64,000 nucleotides of DNA from Dehalococcoidia bacterium (GCA_965201135.1 OZ241751.1:1460248-1524247), one strand, 5' to 3'; shown: positions 6,754 to 16,225, counted from the first letter of the stretch. The notes: generated by a model from the letters alone, not told the origin. Translations and numbers: made by a program.

Positions 6754-9700
6754 ATGGCGAACGCGGCGGACGCGCTCCGGCGCTACTTGGACGAGTTGCA
6801 GGCGAACATCGCCCAGGGCAACGCGACGGAGCACACGCACCGCCCCGCGCTCAAGGCGCTGCTCGAATCGCTCGGCGGGGATGTCGTCGCCACCAACGAG
6901 CCCGCGCATATCGCCGTCGGCGCGCCCGACTTCGTCGTCTCTCGAACCAGCGGGGCGCGCCTCACCGTCGGCTACGTCGAGGCCAAAGACGTCGGCGTCG
7001 ATCTGAACGCCATTGAGAAGGACGCCGCCCGCGCCCGGCCGTCCACGCCCAACGGCGAGCAACTCAAGCGCTACAAGGAGAACCTCCCCAACCTGCTGCT
7101 GACGAATTACACGGAGTTCCGTTGGTGCGTCGACGGCGAGCGGCGCATGACGGCGGTCCTCGCCGAGACGGACGAGCGCGGACGGCTCGCGGGGAGCGCG
7201 GCGGCGGCGGAATCGGCGGAGCAACTGCTCGACGCTTTCCTGCGCCACAGCCTCGTCAAGGTCGCCACGGCGATGGAACTCGCGCAGCGCATGGCGCAGA
7301 TCACGCGGCTAGTCCGTGACGCCGTCCGGCGCGGCTTCGAAAACAATTCGGTGTCGCAGCCCTTGCGCGACTTCTACGCGGCGTCCGAAAGCGTCCTGAC
7401 GCCCGGGCAGGAGCCGGCGGAGTTCGCCGATATGTTCGCGCAAACGCTCGCCTACGGACTCTTCGCCGCCCGCGTGAACGACCGCCCCGGCACATTCCGC
7501 CGCGAGGTCGCCGCTCACCGCATACCGGCGGCCAACCCCTTCCTCCAACAACTCTTCAACACCGTCGCAGGGCCGGACCTCAGCGCGGAGCCGTTCGTGA
7601 ACTTCGTGGACGACCTGACGCAACTCCTCGACCAGGCGGAGATGGACAAGGTTCTGGACGGCTTCGGGAACCGCGACGCGAAGGAAGACCCGATTCTCCA
7701 CTTCTACGAGACGTTCCTCGCTGTCTACGACCCAACCCAGCGTGAGCGCAGAGGCGTCTACTACACGCCGGAGCCCGTCGTCTCCTACATCGTCCGCTCC
7801 GTCGACCTCCTGCTGCGCGACCGCTTCGATCTCCGAGAAGGGCTCGGCGACCACTCCACGACTCAATATCAGCAGGACGACGGCGACGGCGGCGCGGTCA
7901 AGAAAAAGGCGCACCGCGTCTTGATTCTCGACCCCGCCTGCGGAACGGGGACGTTCTTGTACGCGGTGATAGACCTCCTGCGCGAGAGGTTTTTCGCTAG
8001 CGGCAACGCCGGGATGTGGAATCCGTCGTACATACGAGAGGCGCTCCTGCCTCGCCTGTTCGGATTCGAGTTGCTGATGGCGCCCTACGCGATGGCGCAC
8101 CTCAAGTTGGGCATGCAACTCGCCGCGATGGATATGCCGAAAGCGCGCCGCGCCACGTGGGGATACAAGTTTCGGCAGGGGGAACGGCTCGGCGTCTACC
8201 TCACCAACGCGCTGGAGCAGGAGGAGCGGCAGGTTCAGGCCGCGTTCGGCCCGATGCGCGCCATCACCGACGAGGCCAACGCCGCATCAGGCATTAAGCG
8301 CGACCTCCCCATTATGGTCGTGCTCGGCAACCCGCCGTATTCCGGCCACTCCGCCAACGCCAGTTGGCGCAACGGCAAGCGAACGTGGATCGGCCGCGCC
8401 ATCGAGGACTACAAGCGCGTGGACGGCCAGCCGCTTGGCGAAAAGAATCCCAAGTGGCTGCAGGACGACTACGTCAAGTTCATCCGCTTTGGCCAGTGGC
8501 GCATTGAGCAGTCGGGCGGAGGCGTTCTCGCCTTCATCACCAACCACGCCTACCTCGACAACCCGACGTTCCGCGGTATGCGCCAGCAGTTGATGGAGAC
8601 GTTCACCGACGTCTACGCGCTCGATCTGCACGGCAACGCCCGCTCCAGAGAGTCCGCGCCGGACGGCGGCCCGGACCAGAACGTCTTCGACATTCAGCAG
8701 GGCGTCGCCATCGCGCTCTTCGTCAAAGAGCCGAACAGGAGCGGCCCCGCCGAAGTGCGCCACGCCGAAATTTGGGGGACGCGGCAGGCCAAGTATGAAA
8801 CGCTCGCCGCGTCCGACGTCGCGACGACCAATTGGACGCGCCTCGCGCCCGCCTCGCCCAACTACCTCTTCAAACCGTGGGACACGACGCTCGAGGAGGA
8901 ATACCGCCAATGGCCAAGCGTGACGGAGATAATGCCCCTCAACTCCGTCGGCGTGGTGACCGCCCGCGACGAATTGACCATCCGCTGGACGAGCGAGGAG
9001 GCTTTCGACGTCGCGCGGGACTTCGCCGCCTTGCCGCCCGACGCGGCGCGGGCGCGGTACCGGCTGCCTAAGGACACGCGGGATTGGCAAGTCCCCCTCG
9101 CTCAGGAGGACGTTAGGGACTCCGGGGTGAACAAAGATTTGATCGCGCCGATCCAGTACCGTCCGTTCGACGCGCGCTACACCTACTACACGGGGAATAG
9201 CCGAGGATTCCTCTGTATGCCGCGCCCCGAAGTGATGCGGCATATGCTGGCGAACGGGAGGCGCAACATTGCGCTGATCGCCTGCAGGCAGCAGTCCCGC
9301 GCAGGCGAGCCGTGGAACCTCTGCGGCGTCAGCGACACGATCATCGAGGCGTGCGCCATCTCCAACATTACGAGCGAGATCAATTCGCTCTTCCCGCTCT
9401 ACCTCTACCCTTCCGAGCAGGAGGCGGCGCAGGGGCTCTACGAGCCCGGTTCGCGGCGCGCCAACCTCTCCCCCGACTTCATCGCCTCCGTCGAGGAACG
9501 AACCGGCTTGCGGTTCATCGCGGACGGACGCGGCGACTTGCAAGCGGAATTCGGGCCGGAGGACATCCTGCATTACGTCTACGCCGTTTTCCACGCGCCG
9601 TCCTACCGCGAGCGTCACGGGCAGTTCCTCCGCGCCGATTTCCCCCGCGTTCCGCCGCCTGCCAACGCGCCCATCTTCCGCGCGCTCGCGGAGGTAGGAG

Positions 9701-10122
9701 CCGCGCTGACATCCGCGCATCTGCTGGACGCCGCCGCGCTGGACGTCTCCGACCTCCGCTTCCCCGTCGTCGGCGAGGGAACCATTGAGAAAGGCTTCCC
9801 CCGCTACTATCCGCCGGGGGAGACTCCGCCAGGCGGAGACAGCCCGCTCGAGCAGGGCAGGGTCTACGTCAACGACAGCGACCTTCTGCAGTACGGACAG
9901 TACTTCGAAGGGGTCGCGCCGGAGGTATGGGCGTTCCGCGTCGGCGGCAATCAGCCGATGGAGAAATGGCTGCGCGACCGCGTCGGGCGACCGCTCTCTT
10001 TCGATGACCAGCAGCGTTACATACAGATGGCCGCCGCCTTGCGCGACACCGTCCGGCTGATGGGCGAGGCGGACGCGGCCATCGCCGCGCACGGCGGCCT
10101 CTGGGGGGAGGGGGAGGGGTAG
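6754..10122 (+). CDS. fused PD-(D/E)xK nuclease-like / N6-adenine DNA methyltransferase / target-recognition protein (type IIG or helicase-less ISP-like)
   Basis: 1122 aa from ATG 6754 (aggag sits 12 nt upstream). N-terminus ..HTHRPALKALLE..GAPDFVV..GYVEAKDVG.. (HsdR-N-like PD..ExK). SAM motif LILDPACGTGTFL, catalytic VVLGNPPYSG, and a C-terminus ..FEGVAPEVWAFRVGGNQPMEKWLRDRVGRPLSFDD.. like the type-ISP/MmeI-family specificity-domain end. Confidence 0.85.
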   Translation: MANAADALRRYLDELQANIAQGNATEHTHRPALKALLESLGGDVVATNEPAHIAVGAPDFVVSRTSGARLTVGYVEAKDVGVDLNAIEKDAARARPSTPNGEQLKRYKENLPNLLLTNYTEFRWCVDGERRMTAVLAETDERGRLAGSAAAAESAEQLLDAFLRHSLVKVATAMELAQRMAQITRLVRDAVRRGFENNSVSQPLRDFYAASESVLTPGQEPAEFADMFAQTLAYGLFAARVNDRPGTFRREVAAHRIPAANPFLQQLFNTVAGPDLSAEPFVNFVDDLTQLLDQAEMDKVLDGFGNRDAKEDPILHFYETFLAVYDPTQRERRGVYYTPEPVVSYIVRSVDLLLRDRFDLREGLGDHSTTQYQQDDGDGGAVKKKAHRVLILDPACGTGTFLYAVIDLLRERFFASGNAGMWNPSYIREALLPRLFGFELLMAPYAMAHLKLGMQLAAMDMPKARRATWGYKFRQGERLGVYLTNALEQEERQVQAAFGPMRAITDEANAASGIKRDLPIMVVLGNPPYSGHSANASWRNGKRTWIGRAIEDYKRVDGQPLGEKNPKWLQDDYVKFIRFGQWRIEQSGGGVLAFITNHAYLDNPTFRGMRQQLMETFTDVYALDLHGNARSRESAPDGGPDQNVFDIQQGVAIALFVKEPNRSGPAEVRHAEIWGTRQAKYETLAASDVATTNWTRLAPASPNYLFKPWDTTLEEEYRQWPSVTEIMPLNSVGVVTARDELTIRWTSEEAFDVARDFAALPPDAARARYRLPKDTRDWQVPLAQEDVRDSGVNKDLIAPIQYRPFDARYTYYTGNSRGFLCMPRPEVMRHMLANGRRNIALIACRQQSRAGEPWNLCGVSDTIIEACAISNITSEINSLFPLYLYPSEQEAAQGLYEPGSRRANLSPDFIASVEERTGLRFIADGRGDLQAEFGPEDILHYVYAVFHAPSYRERHGQFLRADFPRVPPPANAPIFRALAEVGAALTSAHLLDAAALDVSDLRFPVVGEGTIEKGFPRYYPPGETPPGGDSPLEQGRVYVNDSDLLQYGQYFEGVAPEVWAFRVGGNQPMEKWLRDRVGRPLSFDDQQRYIQMAAALRDTVRLMGEADAAIAAHGGLWGEGEG

Positions 10123-10328
10123 GCGGCGGCGGACACATTCGCGTCCACGGCGCCGACCGAGTCGCCGAGCCGGCTTTGCAACCGTTTGATAGCGGCGATG
10201 TTCCCCTCTTTGGCGGCCTTCTGCAGGTCCTTCGCCAACTTCGTGAGGGCGGACGCCGACTTCAGCGCGGCGTCCGCCGCGTTCTCCACGTCGGCGAACG
10301 CTTGCTCCAATCCGCCTATTCTGCCCAT
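10017..10328 (-). CDS. small coiled-coil ORF, probably the 5' fragment of a disrupted gene
   Basis: ATG at 10328 with gggaga 9 nt upstream. The first 68 codons (MGRIGGLEQAFADVENAADAALKSASALTKLAKDLQKAAKEGNIAAIKRLQSRLGDSVG..) look protein-like. From 10122 downward the frame merely overlaps the converging methyltransferase 3' end and turns low-complexity. Confidence 0.3.
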   Translation of the reverse strand: MGRIGGLEQAFADVENAADAALKSASALTKLAKDLQKAAKEGNIAAIKRLQSRLGDSVGAVDANVSAAAYPSPSPQRPPCAAMAASASPISRTVSRKAAAICM

Positions 10329-10417
10329 ATCTTCGCGTCTCCCGCTAATGCGCCTCGCGGAATATAGCACACGCGGCGCGGGGAACGCAACGGCCGGGCG
10401 GCCGGGCGCCTAGTCCC

Positions 10418-11161
10418 CTACCTGCGACGCGCGCGCCATAGGAAGGCGGCCCCCGCCGCGCCGAGCGCGACCGCAGCGGCGACCGCCGCCCACGCGATGG
10501 CCGCGCCTGAGCCGCCCGCATCGGGCGCGTCGGGCGTCGCCGTGGGAACGGCGGCGGCCGTGGGAGGCGGCGCGAGCGTCGAGGCCGGGGCAAGCGCGGT
10601 CGCGGCGGCGGTAGGCGTCGGAGGATGAGTCGCCGTCGGCGTGGGCGTTGGGGCGGGCGTCGCCGTTGGCGTTGGAATCGGCGTAGGCGTCGGGGTGGGC
10701 ACGACGCTCTCCGGGCACGGCGCGGCGACGGGCGGAGCGGCGCCCTCGCCGAAGCGCAGCGTGACCGGCTCGCTCACGAGGCACGGCGTTCCCAGCAGAG
10801 GGAAGGCGTAGGTCAGATCGGCCTGCAGGTCCCCGTTCAGGAGAAAAACGACCGGCTCTCCCGCGTAGTCGAATCCGGGAGGGCCCACGAGCAGGCAGAG
10901 AGCGCCGCATCCGAACCCTCCGTCGCGCACGGGAATCGCCGTCGGACGCTCCCAGTCGCCCACGCGGACGATCAACTCGCCCTCCGCGATAGGCTCGCCG
11001 TCGAGCAGCGCTATGCCGCCCTCCCCGTAGACGATTGGAAACGGCGGAAAGCCGCCGGGGGGAGCGTCTCCGTCCTGCGCGAGAAGAGCGGGCGCGAGCG
11101 CGAACGCCGCAGCGAGCAGCGCCGCGGCGGCGATGACGAGCGGGCGGGAGAGACGAACCAT
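10418..11161 (-). CDS. secreted/cell-surface protein with a Pro/Thr-rich linker and a C-terminal anchor
   Basis: Signal-peptide-like MVRLSRPLVIAAAALLAAAFALAPALLAQ, a globular ~130 aa, the linker PTPTPTPIPTPTATPAPTPTPTAT.., then GGSG plus a hydrophobic helix plus WRARRR. Confidence 0.7.
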   Translation of the reverse strand: MVRLSRPLVIAAAALLAAAFALAPALLAQDGDAPPGGFPPFPIVYGEGGIALLDGEPIAEGELIVRVGDWERPTAIPVRDGGFGCGALCLLVGPPGFDYAGEPVVFLLNGDLQADLTYAFPLLGTPCLVSEPVTLRFGEGAAPPVAAPCPESVVPTPTPTPIPTPTATPAPTPTPTATHPPTPTAAATALAPASTLAPPPTAAAVPTATPDAPDAGGSGAAIAWAAVAAAVALGAAGAAFLWRARRR

Positions 11162-11170
11162 GGGGAGTGG

Positions 11171-11176
11171 ATTGTA
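11171..11176 (-). promoter_or_regulatory. candidate -10 box TACAAT, 9 nt upstream of the ATG at 11161
   Basis: The minus strand reads cgccgcctagcgcTACAATccactccccATG. Confidence 0.3.
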
Positions 11177-11338
11177 GCGCTAGGCGGCGCGGGCGGCGGG
11201 CGCGGGGGATTCCGCCTGCGCGGGCAGGATGGCGCGCCTCCCTTCGCGCCTTCTCCGCCTTCCCGCCCCCCTTGCCCGCGCGCCTGATTCGCGGTTAGTA
11301 TCATTAGCCTTGCATTCCCGCCGCCCGGAGTTCTCCCT

Positions 11339-14038
11339 ATGATCGCCAACCCGCCCCGCGAGCCCCTTCCCAAAGCCTACGACCACGCCCAGGTCGAGCG
11401 CAGGCTCTACGAGTGGTGGGAGCGCTCCGGCTACTTCAGGGCGGTCCCGGACCCGGACAAGCAGCCCTTCGCCATCATTATGCCGCCCCCGAACGTGACG
11501 GGCGAACTGCACCTCGGCCACGCAATGACCGCCGCCATTGAGGACGCGCTCATCCGCCATCGCAGAATGAAGGGCGACGCCGCGCTCTACCTCCCCGGAA
11601 CCGACCACGCCGGCATCGCCACGCAAGTCGTCGTCGAGCGCCAACTCGCAGCCGAGGAGACGACGCGCCACGACATCGGCCGCGAGGCGTTCCTCGAGCG
11701 CGTGTGGGAGTGGGTCGGCAAGACCGGCGACACGATAGACAACCAGCACCGCCGGCTCGGCGCGTCGTGCGACTGGGAGCGCAAGACGTTCACGCTCGAC
11801 CCGGGGCCCGTCCGCGCCGTCCGAACGACGTTCAAAAACCTCTACGACGAAGGGCTGATCTACCGCGGCGAGCGCATCATCAACTGGTGCGTCAGTTGCC
11901 GCACCGCCCTCTCCGACCTGGAGGTGGAGCACGCGGAGGAGCAGGGCAGCCTCTACTACATCCGCTACCCCTACGAGGACGGCTCCGGCCACCTCGCGGT
12001 CGCCACGACGCGCCCCGAAACGCTGCTCGGCGACGTCGCCGTCGCGGTCAATCCCGGCGACGCGCGATACGCCGGCGCGGTCGGCAAGCGCGTCCGCCTG
12101 CCCGTGCTGGGGCGCCTCATTCCCGTCATCGCCGACGAGGCCGTCTCCGCCGAGTTCGGCGCCGGCGCGCTCAAGATAACGCCCGGACACGACCCCAACG
12201 ACTTCGCCATCGGCGAGCGGCACGGCCTCCCCGTCGTCAACGTCCTCAACGAGGACGGAACGCTCAGCGATGCGGCCGGCCCATACGCCGGCATGGAGCG
12301 ATTCGCGGCCCGCGAGGCCGTCGCCGCCCAACTGGAGCGCGAGGGGCTGCTGGAGAAGATCGAGCCGCGCGTCCACTCCGTCGGCCACTGCCAGCGCAGC
12401 GGCGACGTCGTCGAGCCCATCGTCTCGCTCCAATGGTTCGTGAGGATCGCCCCCATCGCCGACCCCGCCCTCGCCGCCGTCCGCGACGGACGCATCCGCA
12501 TCGTGCCGGAGCGCTTCGTCCGCGTCTACGAGAACTGGATGGAGAACATCCGCGACTGGTGCGTCTCCCGCCAACTCTGGTGGGGGCACCGCATCCCCGT
12601 CTGGTATTGCGCCGCCTGCGCCCATCCCACCGTCGCCGCGGACGACCCGTCGCAGTGCGAGTCGTGCGGCGGGCGAGACCTCGCGCAGGACGAGGACGTC
12701 CTCGACACGTGGTTCTCCTCCGCTCTCTGGACGCACTCCACGCTCGGCTGGCCCGACGCCAACCCCGACCTCGACTACTTCTATCCCACCTCCGTGATGG
12801 AGACGGGCTACGACATCCTCTTCTTTTGGGTCGCCCGGATGATTATGATGGGGATGAAGAATATGGGCGACGTTCCCTTCCGAACCGTCTACCTGCACGG
12901 CCTCGTCCGCGACGAGCGCGGGCAGAAGATGAGCAAGACGAAGGGGAACGTCCGCGACCCGATAGACGCCATCGAGCGCTACGGCGCCGACGCCCTCCGC
13001 TTCGCGCTCACCACGGGCAGCGCGCCGGGCAACGATCTGCGCTTCGGCGACGACCGCCTCGAGGCCGCCCGCAACTTCGCCAACAAACTCTGGAACGTCG
13101 GGCGCTTCGTCATCGCGCAGGTCGAAGGCCGGGACGACCTCGACGGCTGGAACGACCCCGCGCGCCTGCGCGACCACCGGCAAGACCGCTGGATCCTCTC
13201 CAAAGCGCAGCAGACCGCCGTCCGCGTCAACGACCTCATCGCCGAATTCCAACTCGGCGAGGCCGAGCGCGTTCTCCACGACTTCCTCTGGAGCGACTTC
13301 GCCGACTGGCACATCGAACTCGCCAAAATCCGCCTGCGGAACGGCGACGACCGCCCCCGCCGCGTCCTCGCCCACGTGCTGGAGCGCTCCCTCCGCCTCC
13401 TCCATCCCTTTATGCCCTTCGTAACGGAGGAGATCTGGCGCCGCCTGACCGCCATCCTCCCCAACGAGGCCAACCTCCCCGAATCCATAATGATCGCCCC
13501 CTATCCCGACCCGAAGGCGCGCCTCTCCGCCGAGCAACTGAACGCCCGCCGCGAGGAGGACGCCCCCGCCTCGGACGAGGTCGAACTGCTCATCGACGTC
13601 GTTCGCGCCATACGCAACGTCCGCGCCGAGTTCAAGGTCGACCCCCGCGTTTCGCTCGACGCCGCCGTCGCCGCGCCGCCCGCGGCGGCCGCCGCGCTGG
13701 AGGACGAGCGCGACGCGATACGCGCCCTCGCCCGCGTCGGCGATATTCGCTTCGGAGAGGCGGACGCCGGGCCCGACAAGGTCCGCCTCGTCGCGCGCAA
13801 CGCCGCCATCGCGCTCGACGTCGTCGGCGCGGTCGACTTGCGCGCCGAGCGCGAGCGGCTGGAGGGCGAGGCGGAGCAGGAGCGGACGCGCCTCGCCGGG
13901 CTCGAGGGGCGCCTCGCCAACTCGCAGTTCGTCGAGAAGGCGCCCCCCGACGTCGTGGAGCGCGAGCGCGCCAGGCTGCGGGACGGGCGTGAGCGCTTGG
14001 AGCGCATCGCGCAACTCCTGCGCGAGATAGGCGCGTAG
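11339..14038 (+). CDS. valS: valine--tRNA ligase
   Basis: 899 aa. Class I signatures GELHLGHAMT (HIGH) and QKMSKTKGN (KMSKS), an editing-domain region, and a C-terminal coiled coil. Confidence 0.97.
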   Translation: MIANPPREPLPKAYDHAQVERRLYEWWERSGYFRAVPDPDKQPFAIIMPPPNVTGELHLGHAMTAAIEDALIRHRRMKGDAALYLPGTDHAGIATQVVVERQLAAEETTRHDIGREAFLERVWEWVGKTGDTIDNQHRRLGASCDWERKTFTLDPGPVRAVRTTFKNLYDEGLIYRGERIINWCVSCRTALSDLEVEHAEEQGSLYYIRYPYEDGSGHLAVATTRPETLLGDVAVAVNPGDARYAGAVGKRVRLPVLGRLIPVIADEAVSAEFGAGALKITPGHDPNDFAIGERHGLPVVNVLNEDGTLSDAAGPYAGMERFAAREAVAAQLEREGLLEKIEPRVHSVGHCQRSGDVVEPIVSLQWFVRIAPIADPALAAVRDGRIRIVPERFVRVYENWMENIRDWCVSRQLWWGHRIPVWYCAACAHPTVAADDPSQCESCGGRDLAQDEDVLDTWFSSALWTHSTLGWPDANPDLDYFYPTSVMETGYDILFFWVARMIMMGMKNMGDVPFRTVYLHGLVRDERGQKMSKTKGNVRDPIDAIERYGADALRFALTTGSAPGNDLRFGDDRLEAARNFANKLWNVGRFVIAQVEGRDDLDGWNDPARLRDHRQDRWILSKAQQTAVRVNDLIAEFQLGEAERVLHDFLWSDFADWHIELAKIRLRNGDDRPRRVLAHVLERSLRLLHPFMPFVTEEIWRRLTAILPNEANLPESIMIAPYPDPKARLSAEQLNARREEDAPASDEVELLIDVVRAIRNVRAEFKVDPRVSLDAAVAAPPAAAAALEDERDAIRALARVGDIRFGEADAGPDKVRLVARNAAIALDVVGAVDLRAERERLEGEAEQERTRLAGLEGRLANSQFVEKAPPDVVERERARLRDGRERLERIAQLLREIGA

Positions 14039-14074
14039 CGGGGCGCGGGAGAGGGAACCTCGCCCTTATTTTGA

Positions 14075-14301
14075 GGCGCGCAAGCGCCGAAATCCCCCTC
14101 TCCCTATAAGGGGAGAGGACGCCGCGAACGCGGCGGGAGAGGGTACTGCGGACGGGGCGCGACGCGCCCCGTCTCCCTCGTCCCCCAGGCGCCTCGTCAT
14201 TCCCGCGAAGCGGGGACCTACCCCGCCCCCCCATGACCGTCATTCCCGCCCTTCTCCGTCATTCTCGCCCCTTCTCCGTCATTCCCGCGTAGGCGGGAAT
14301 C
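14075..14301. repeat. composite hairpin mosaic in inverted order: GC hairpin, family C, family B, then family-A copies
   Basis: ggcgcgcaagcgcc; ccccctctccctataaggggagaggacgccgcgaacgcggcgggagagggtactgcg (C, inverted); gacggggcgcgacgcgccccgtc (B); gtcattcccgcgaagcgggg..; two partial cttctccgtcattc units; gtcattcccgcgtaggcgggaatc. Confidence 0.85.
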
Positions 14302-14330
14302 TCGTATCCGTCGCATCGCATTGCCATCGC

Positions 14331-16190
14331 CTAGAACCTGATGAAGAACCTGTCGAGGGGGACGTCGCCCGGGTTTGGGGGCGCGGGCGCGTCGCCCGCG
14401 CCTTCTGGATTCCGGCCTACGCCGGAATGACGGTTTATGTCGCCATCGTCGGGCGCGTCCGTAGGCGGGGCGCCGCCAGTACCCTCTCCCGCCGCTTCGC
14501 GGCCTCCTCTCCCCTTATAGGGAGAGGGGGATCCGGCGCCCGCGTTCGCGGGCGCGGCGGCGGCGGCGTTGCGCTCCGCGCCGTTGGGGGCGGGATTCCC
14601 GCCTTCGCGGGAATGACGGTCATTATGGGCGGCGCCATTGCCGTCCGCGCCATACCCGGCGCCAACGCCGTCCGTCGCGCGCCTTTTGCCGTCCGGCGCA
14701 TGCCCATCGCCATCGTAGGCGCCGTTGCGCTCCGCGCCGGTGGGGGCGGGGCGCTGGGGGACGGGCACGCCTATGCCGTTCACGCCGGCGGCGCCGTTGC
14801 GCGCGGCGCGGAGGAAGGGCTCGTTGCCCGTCCAGATTTGCAAGGACGGCGGGCGCATAAACGCCATCGCGAGCGCGTCGGCCAGGTCGGGCGAGGGCAG
14901 GCCCTTCGTCCGCATCGCCTTCTTGCTCTCCAACTTCACTTGGCCGGAACTCGACACGTCGTAGCGCAAGGTCAGCAACTGCCCGGCGAGGGCGTCGTCG
15001 TTCGGCAGCGCGATCAGGCGCTCCTCCAGCAGGCGCCGCAACTCCCAGAAGATCTCCGAGCGCAGGTTGCCGAACTGCACCGGATGCGGAGCGCGACCGC
15101 CGAACTGCACGCCGTAGACGGGCGCGCCCAACTCGCGCAACCGGTCAACGACGCCCCCGCCGACGCCCGTCTCGTCGACGAACACCGCCTCGGCGCCCAA
15201 CTCGCGCGCCATCGAAGACGCCTCCCATGACAGCCTCATCGTGTCCATGCCGACGAACGCCTTCATGGCGATCACGCGCTGCCCGCGACGGGCGATCAGC
15301 GCCGACTTGTCGTAGCCGAACCGCGCCACGTCAACCCCGATGTAGACCGGCTGGAGCGCGTCCTCCTCCGCCGTGGGGGCGCCCTCGCCGCTTGGGGCGT
15401 CGTCCGCCATCGCCGCGTCCACCGCCTTCCGCCCCGTGAGCGAGTCGTCCTGCGCGTCCGGGAACTCCGCCAGCACGCCCGCCATAAACAAAGGATGGTC
15501 GCGCCCCGTGTCCGCCTCCCTGTCCGCGATGTCCTCCTCGTTCATCAGCCCGTATATCTCGATGGGCTCGCCCGTGAAAGCCGGCGTGTCGTAGGCGGAT
15601 ATCTTGACGCGCTTGTAGCGGCTGCGGAGCGCGCGGTGCGACTCGTAGAACTCCCCGCTCGTGGAGAGCGCGTTGCCGACCAGCAGCACTTTGGACGGGT
15701 TGAGGCGTTTCAGCGCTTCCTCGAACGCGGGCTTCATGCCGTGCGCCTCGGTGACGACGACCATCATATTGGGCGAGTGGAAGCCCTGCAGGTTCTCCGG
15801 CCTGTTGGTCGAGAAGCCGATGGCGAAGCGGTCGTCGTCGATTTCATACCGGTTGCGGAGCATCTTGCCGGACAACGGGACGCTCGCCGATTTGTAGGCG
15901 ATCCGCATTTCGCGCCAGACGATCTCCTCGATCTGCCGCTGCGTCGGCCCCGTCACCACCACTTTGGCGTGGGGGCGGGTTTCGAGCCACCAGAGGATGG
16001 CGCGGGCGGCTGTCCAGTCTTTGCCGGAGGCGTAGCAGCCGACGACGGAGGTCTTGCGTTCCTGCGCGAGGAGTTCGAGCGTCTCGCGCTGCTTTTCGTA
16101 GGGCTCGCCGGAGTCTGGGAGGACGTCGCGGACGAAGGCGACGGGGTCGTCGCGGTATCGGGCGAGGGGGATGTGGGGCTCTGGGGGCAT
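14331..16190 (-). CDS. phage terminase large subunit-like protein (ATPase plus RNase H-like nuclease) with a repeat-derived C-terminal tail
   Basis: 619 aa. Contains KTSVVGCYASGKDW (Walker A-like), MMVVVTEAHG (Walker B-like) and nuclease-type acidic motifs YIGVDVARFG, VFVDETGVGG, SPDLADALAMAF. Residues after ~450 are Gly/Ala/Pro low complexity translated from hairpin repeats at 14409-14621. Confidence 0.75.
   Translation of the reverse strand: MPPEPHIPLARYRDDPVAFVRDVLPDSGEPYEKQRETLELLAQERKTSVVGCYASGKDWTAARAILWWLETRPHAKVVVTGPTQRQIEEIVWREMRIAYKSASVPLSGKMLRNRYEIDDDRFAIGFSTNRPENLQGFHSPNMMVVVTEAHGMKPAFEEALKRLNPSKVLLVGNALSTSGEFYESHRALRSRYKRVKISAYDTPAFTGEPIEIYGLMNEEDIADREADTGRDHPLFMAGVLAEFPDAQDDSLTGRKAVDAAMADDAPSGEGAPTAEEDALQPVYIGVDVARFGYDKSALIARRGQRVIAMKAFVGMDTMRLSWEASSMARELGAEAVFVDETGVGGGVVDRLRELGAPVYGVQFGGRAPHPVQFGNLRSEIFWELRRLLEERLIALPNDDALAGQLLTLRYDVSSSGQVKLESKKAMRTKGLPSPDLADALAMAFMRPPSLQIWTGNEPFLRAARNGAAGVNGIGVPVPQRPAPTGAERNGAYDGDGHAPDGKRRATDGVGAGYGADGNGAAHNDRHSREGGNPAPNGAERNAAAAAPANAGAGSPSPYKGRGGREAAGEGTGGAPPTDAPDDGDINRHSGVGRNPEGAGDAPAPPNPGDVPLDRFFIRF
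14409..14621. repeat. family A - family C - linker - family A mosaic inside the 3' end of the terminase-like ORF
   Basis: attccggcctacgccggaatgacgg (14409-14433); ccagtaccctctcccgccgcttcgcggcctcctctccccttatagggagagggggatccgg (14477-14536); gattcccgccttcgcgggaatgacggtc (14594-14621). Confidence 0.85.
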
Positions 16191-16225
16191 GGCGTCCTCC
16201 TTTCGTTTGTGGGTTGCGGGGGCGG

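Noticed and set aside
6092-10370. A complete DISARM class 1 or BREX system around the SNF2 fragment and the large adenine methylase.
   Set aside because: There is no DrmA/DrmB/DrmC and no PglZ/BrxC/BrxL. The SNF2 gene is only a C-terminal fragment. At most this is a remnant.
11162-11338. A T-box leader upstream of valS, and a TPP riboswitch upstream of thiE (56090-56450).
   Set aside because: I could not find the conserved T-box sequence or the CUGAGA / ACCUGAUCUGGAUAAUGCCAGCG-type TPP core by eye. An Rfam scan would be needed to exclude them fully.
11180-14014. Very long antisense or alternative-frame ORFs, for example 944 aa opposite valS, 1089 aa at 42980-46249 opposite korAB/lpd, 601 aa at 8287-10092, 812 aa at 57238-59676, and 762 aa at 11704-13992.
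   Set aside because: They are extreme in Arg/Ala/Gly/Pro, carry no motifs, and each overlaps a gene with unmistakable family signatures. This is the expected stop-codon paucity of a ~70% GC genome.
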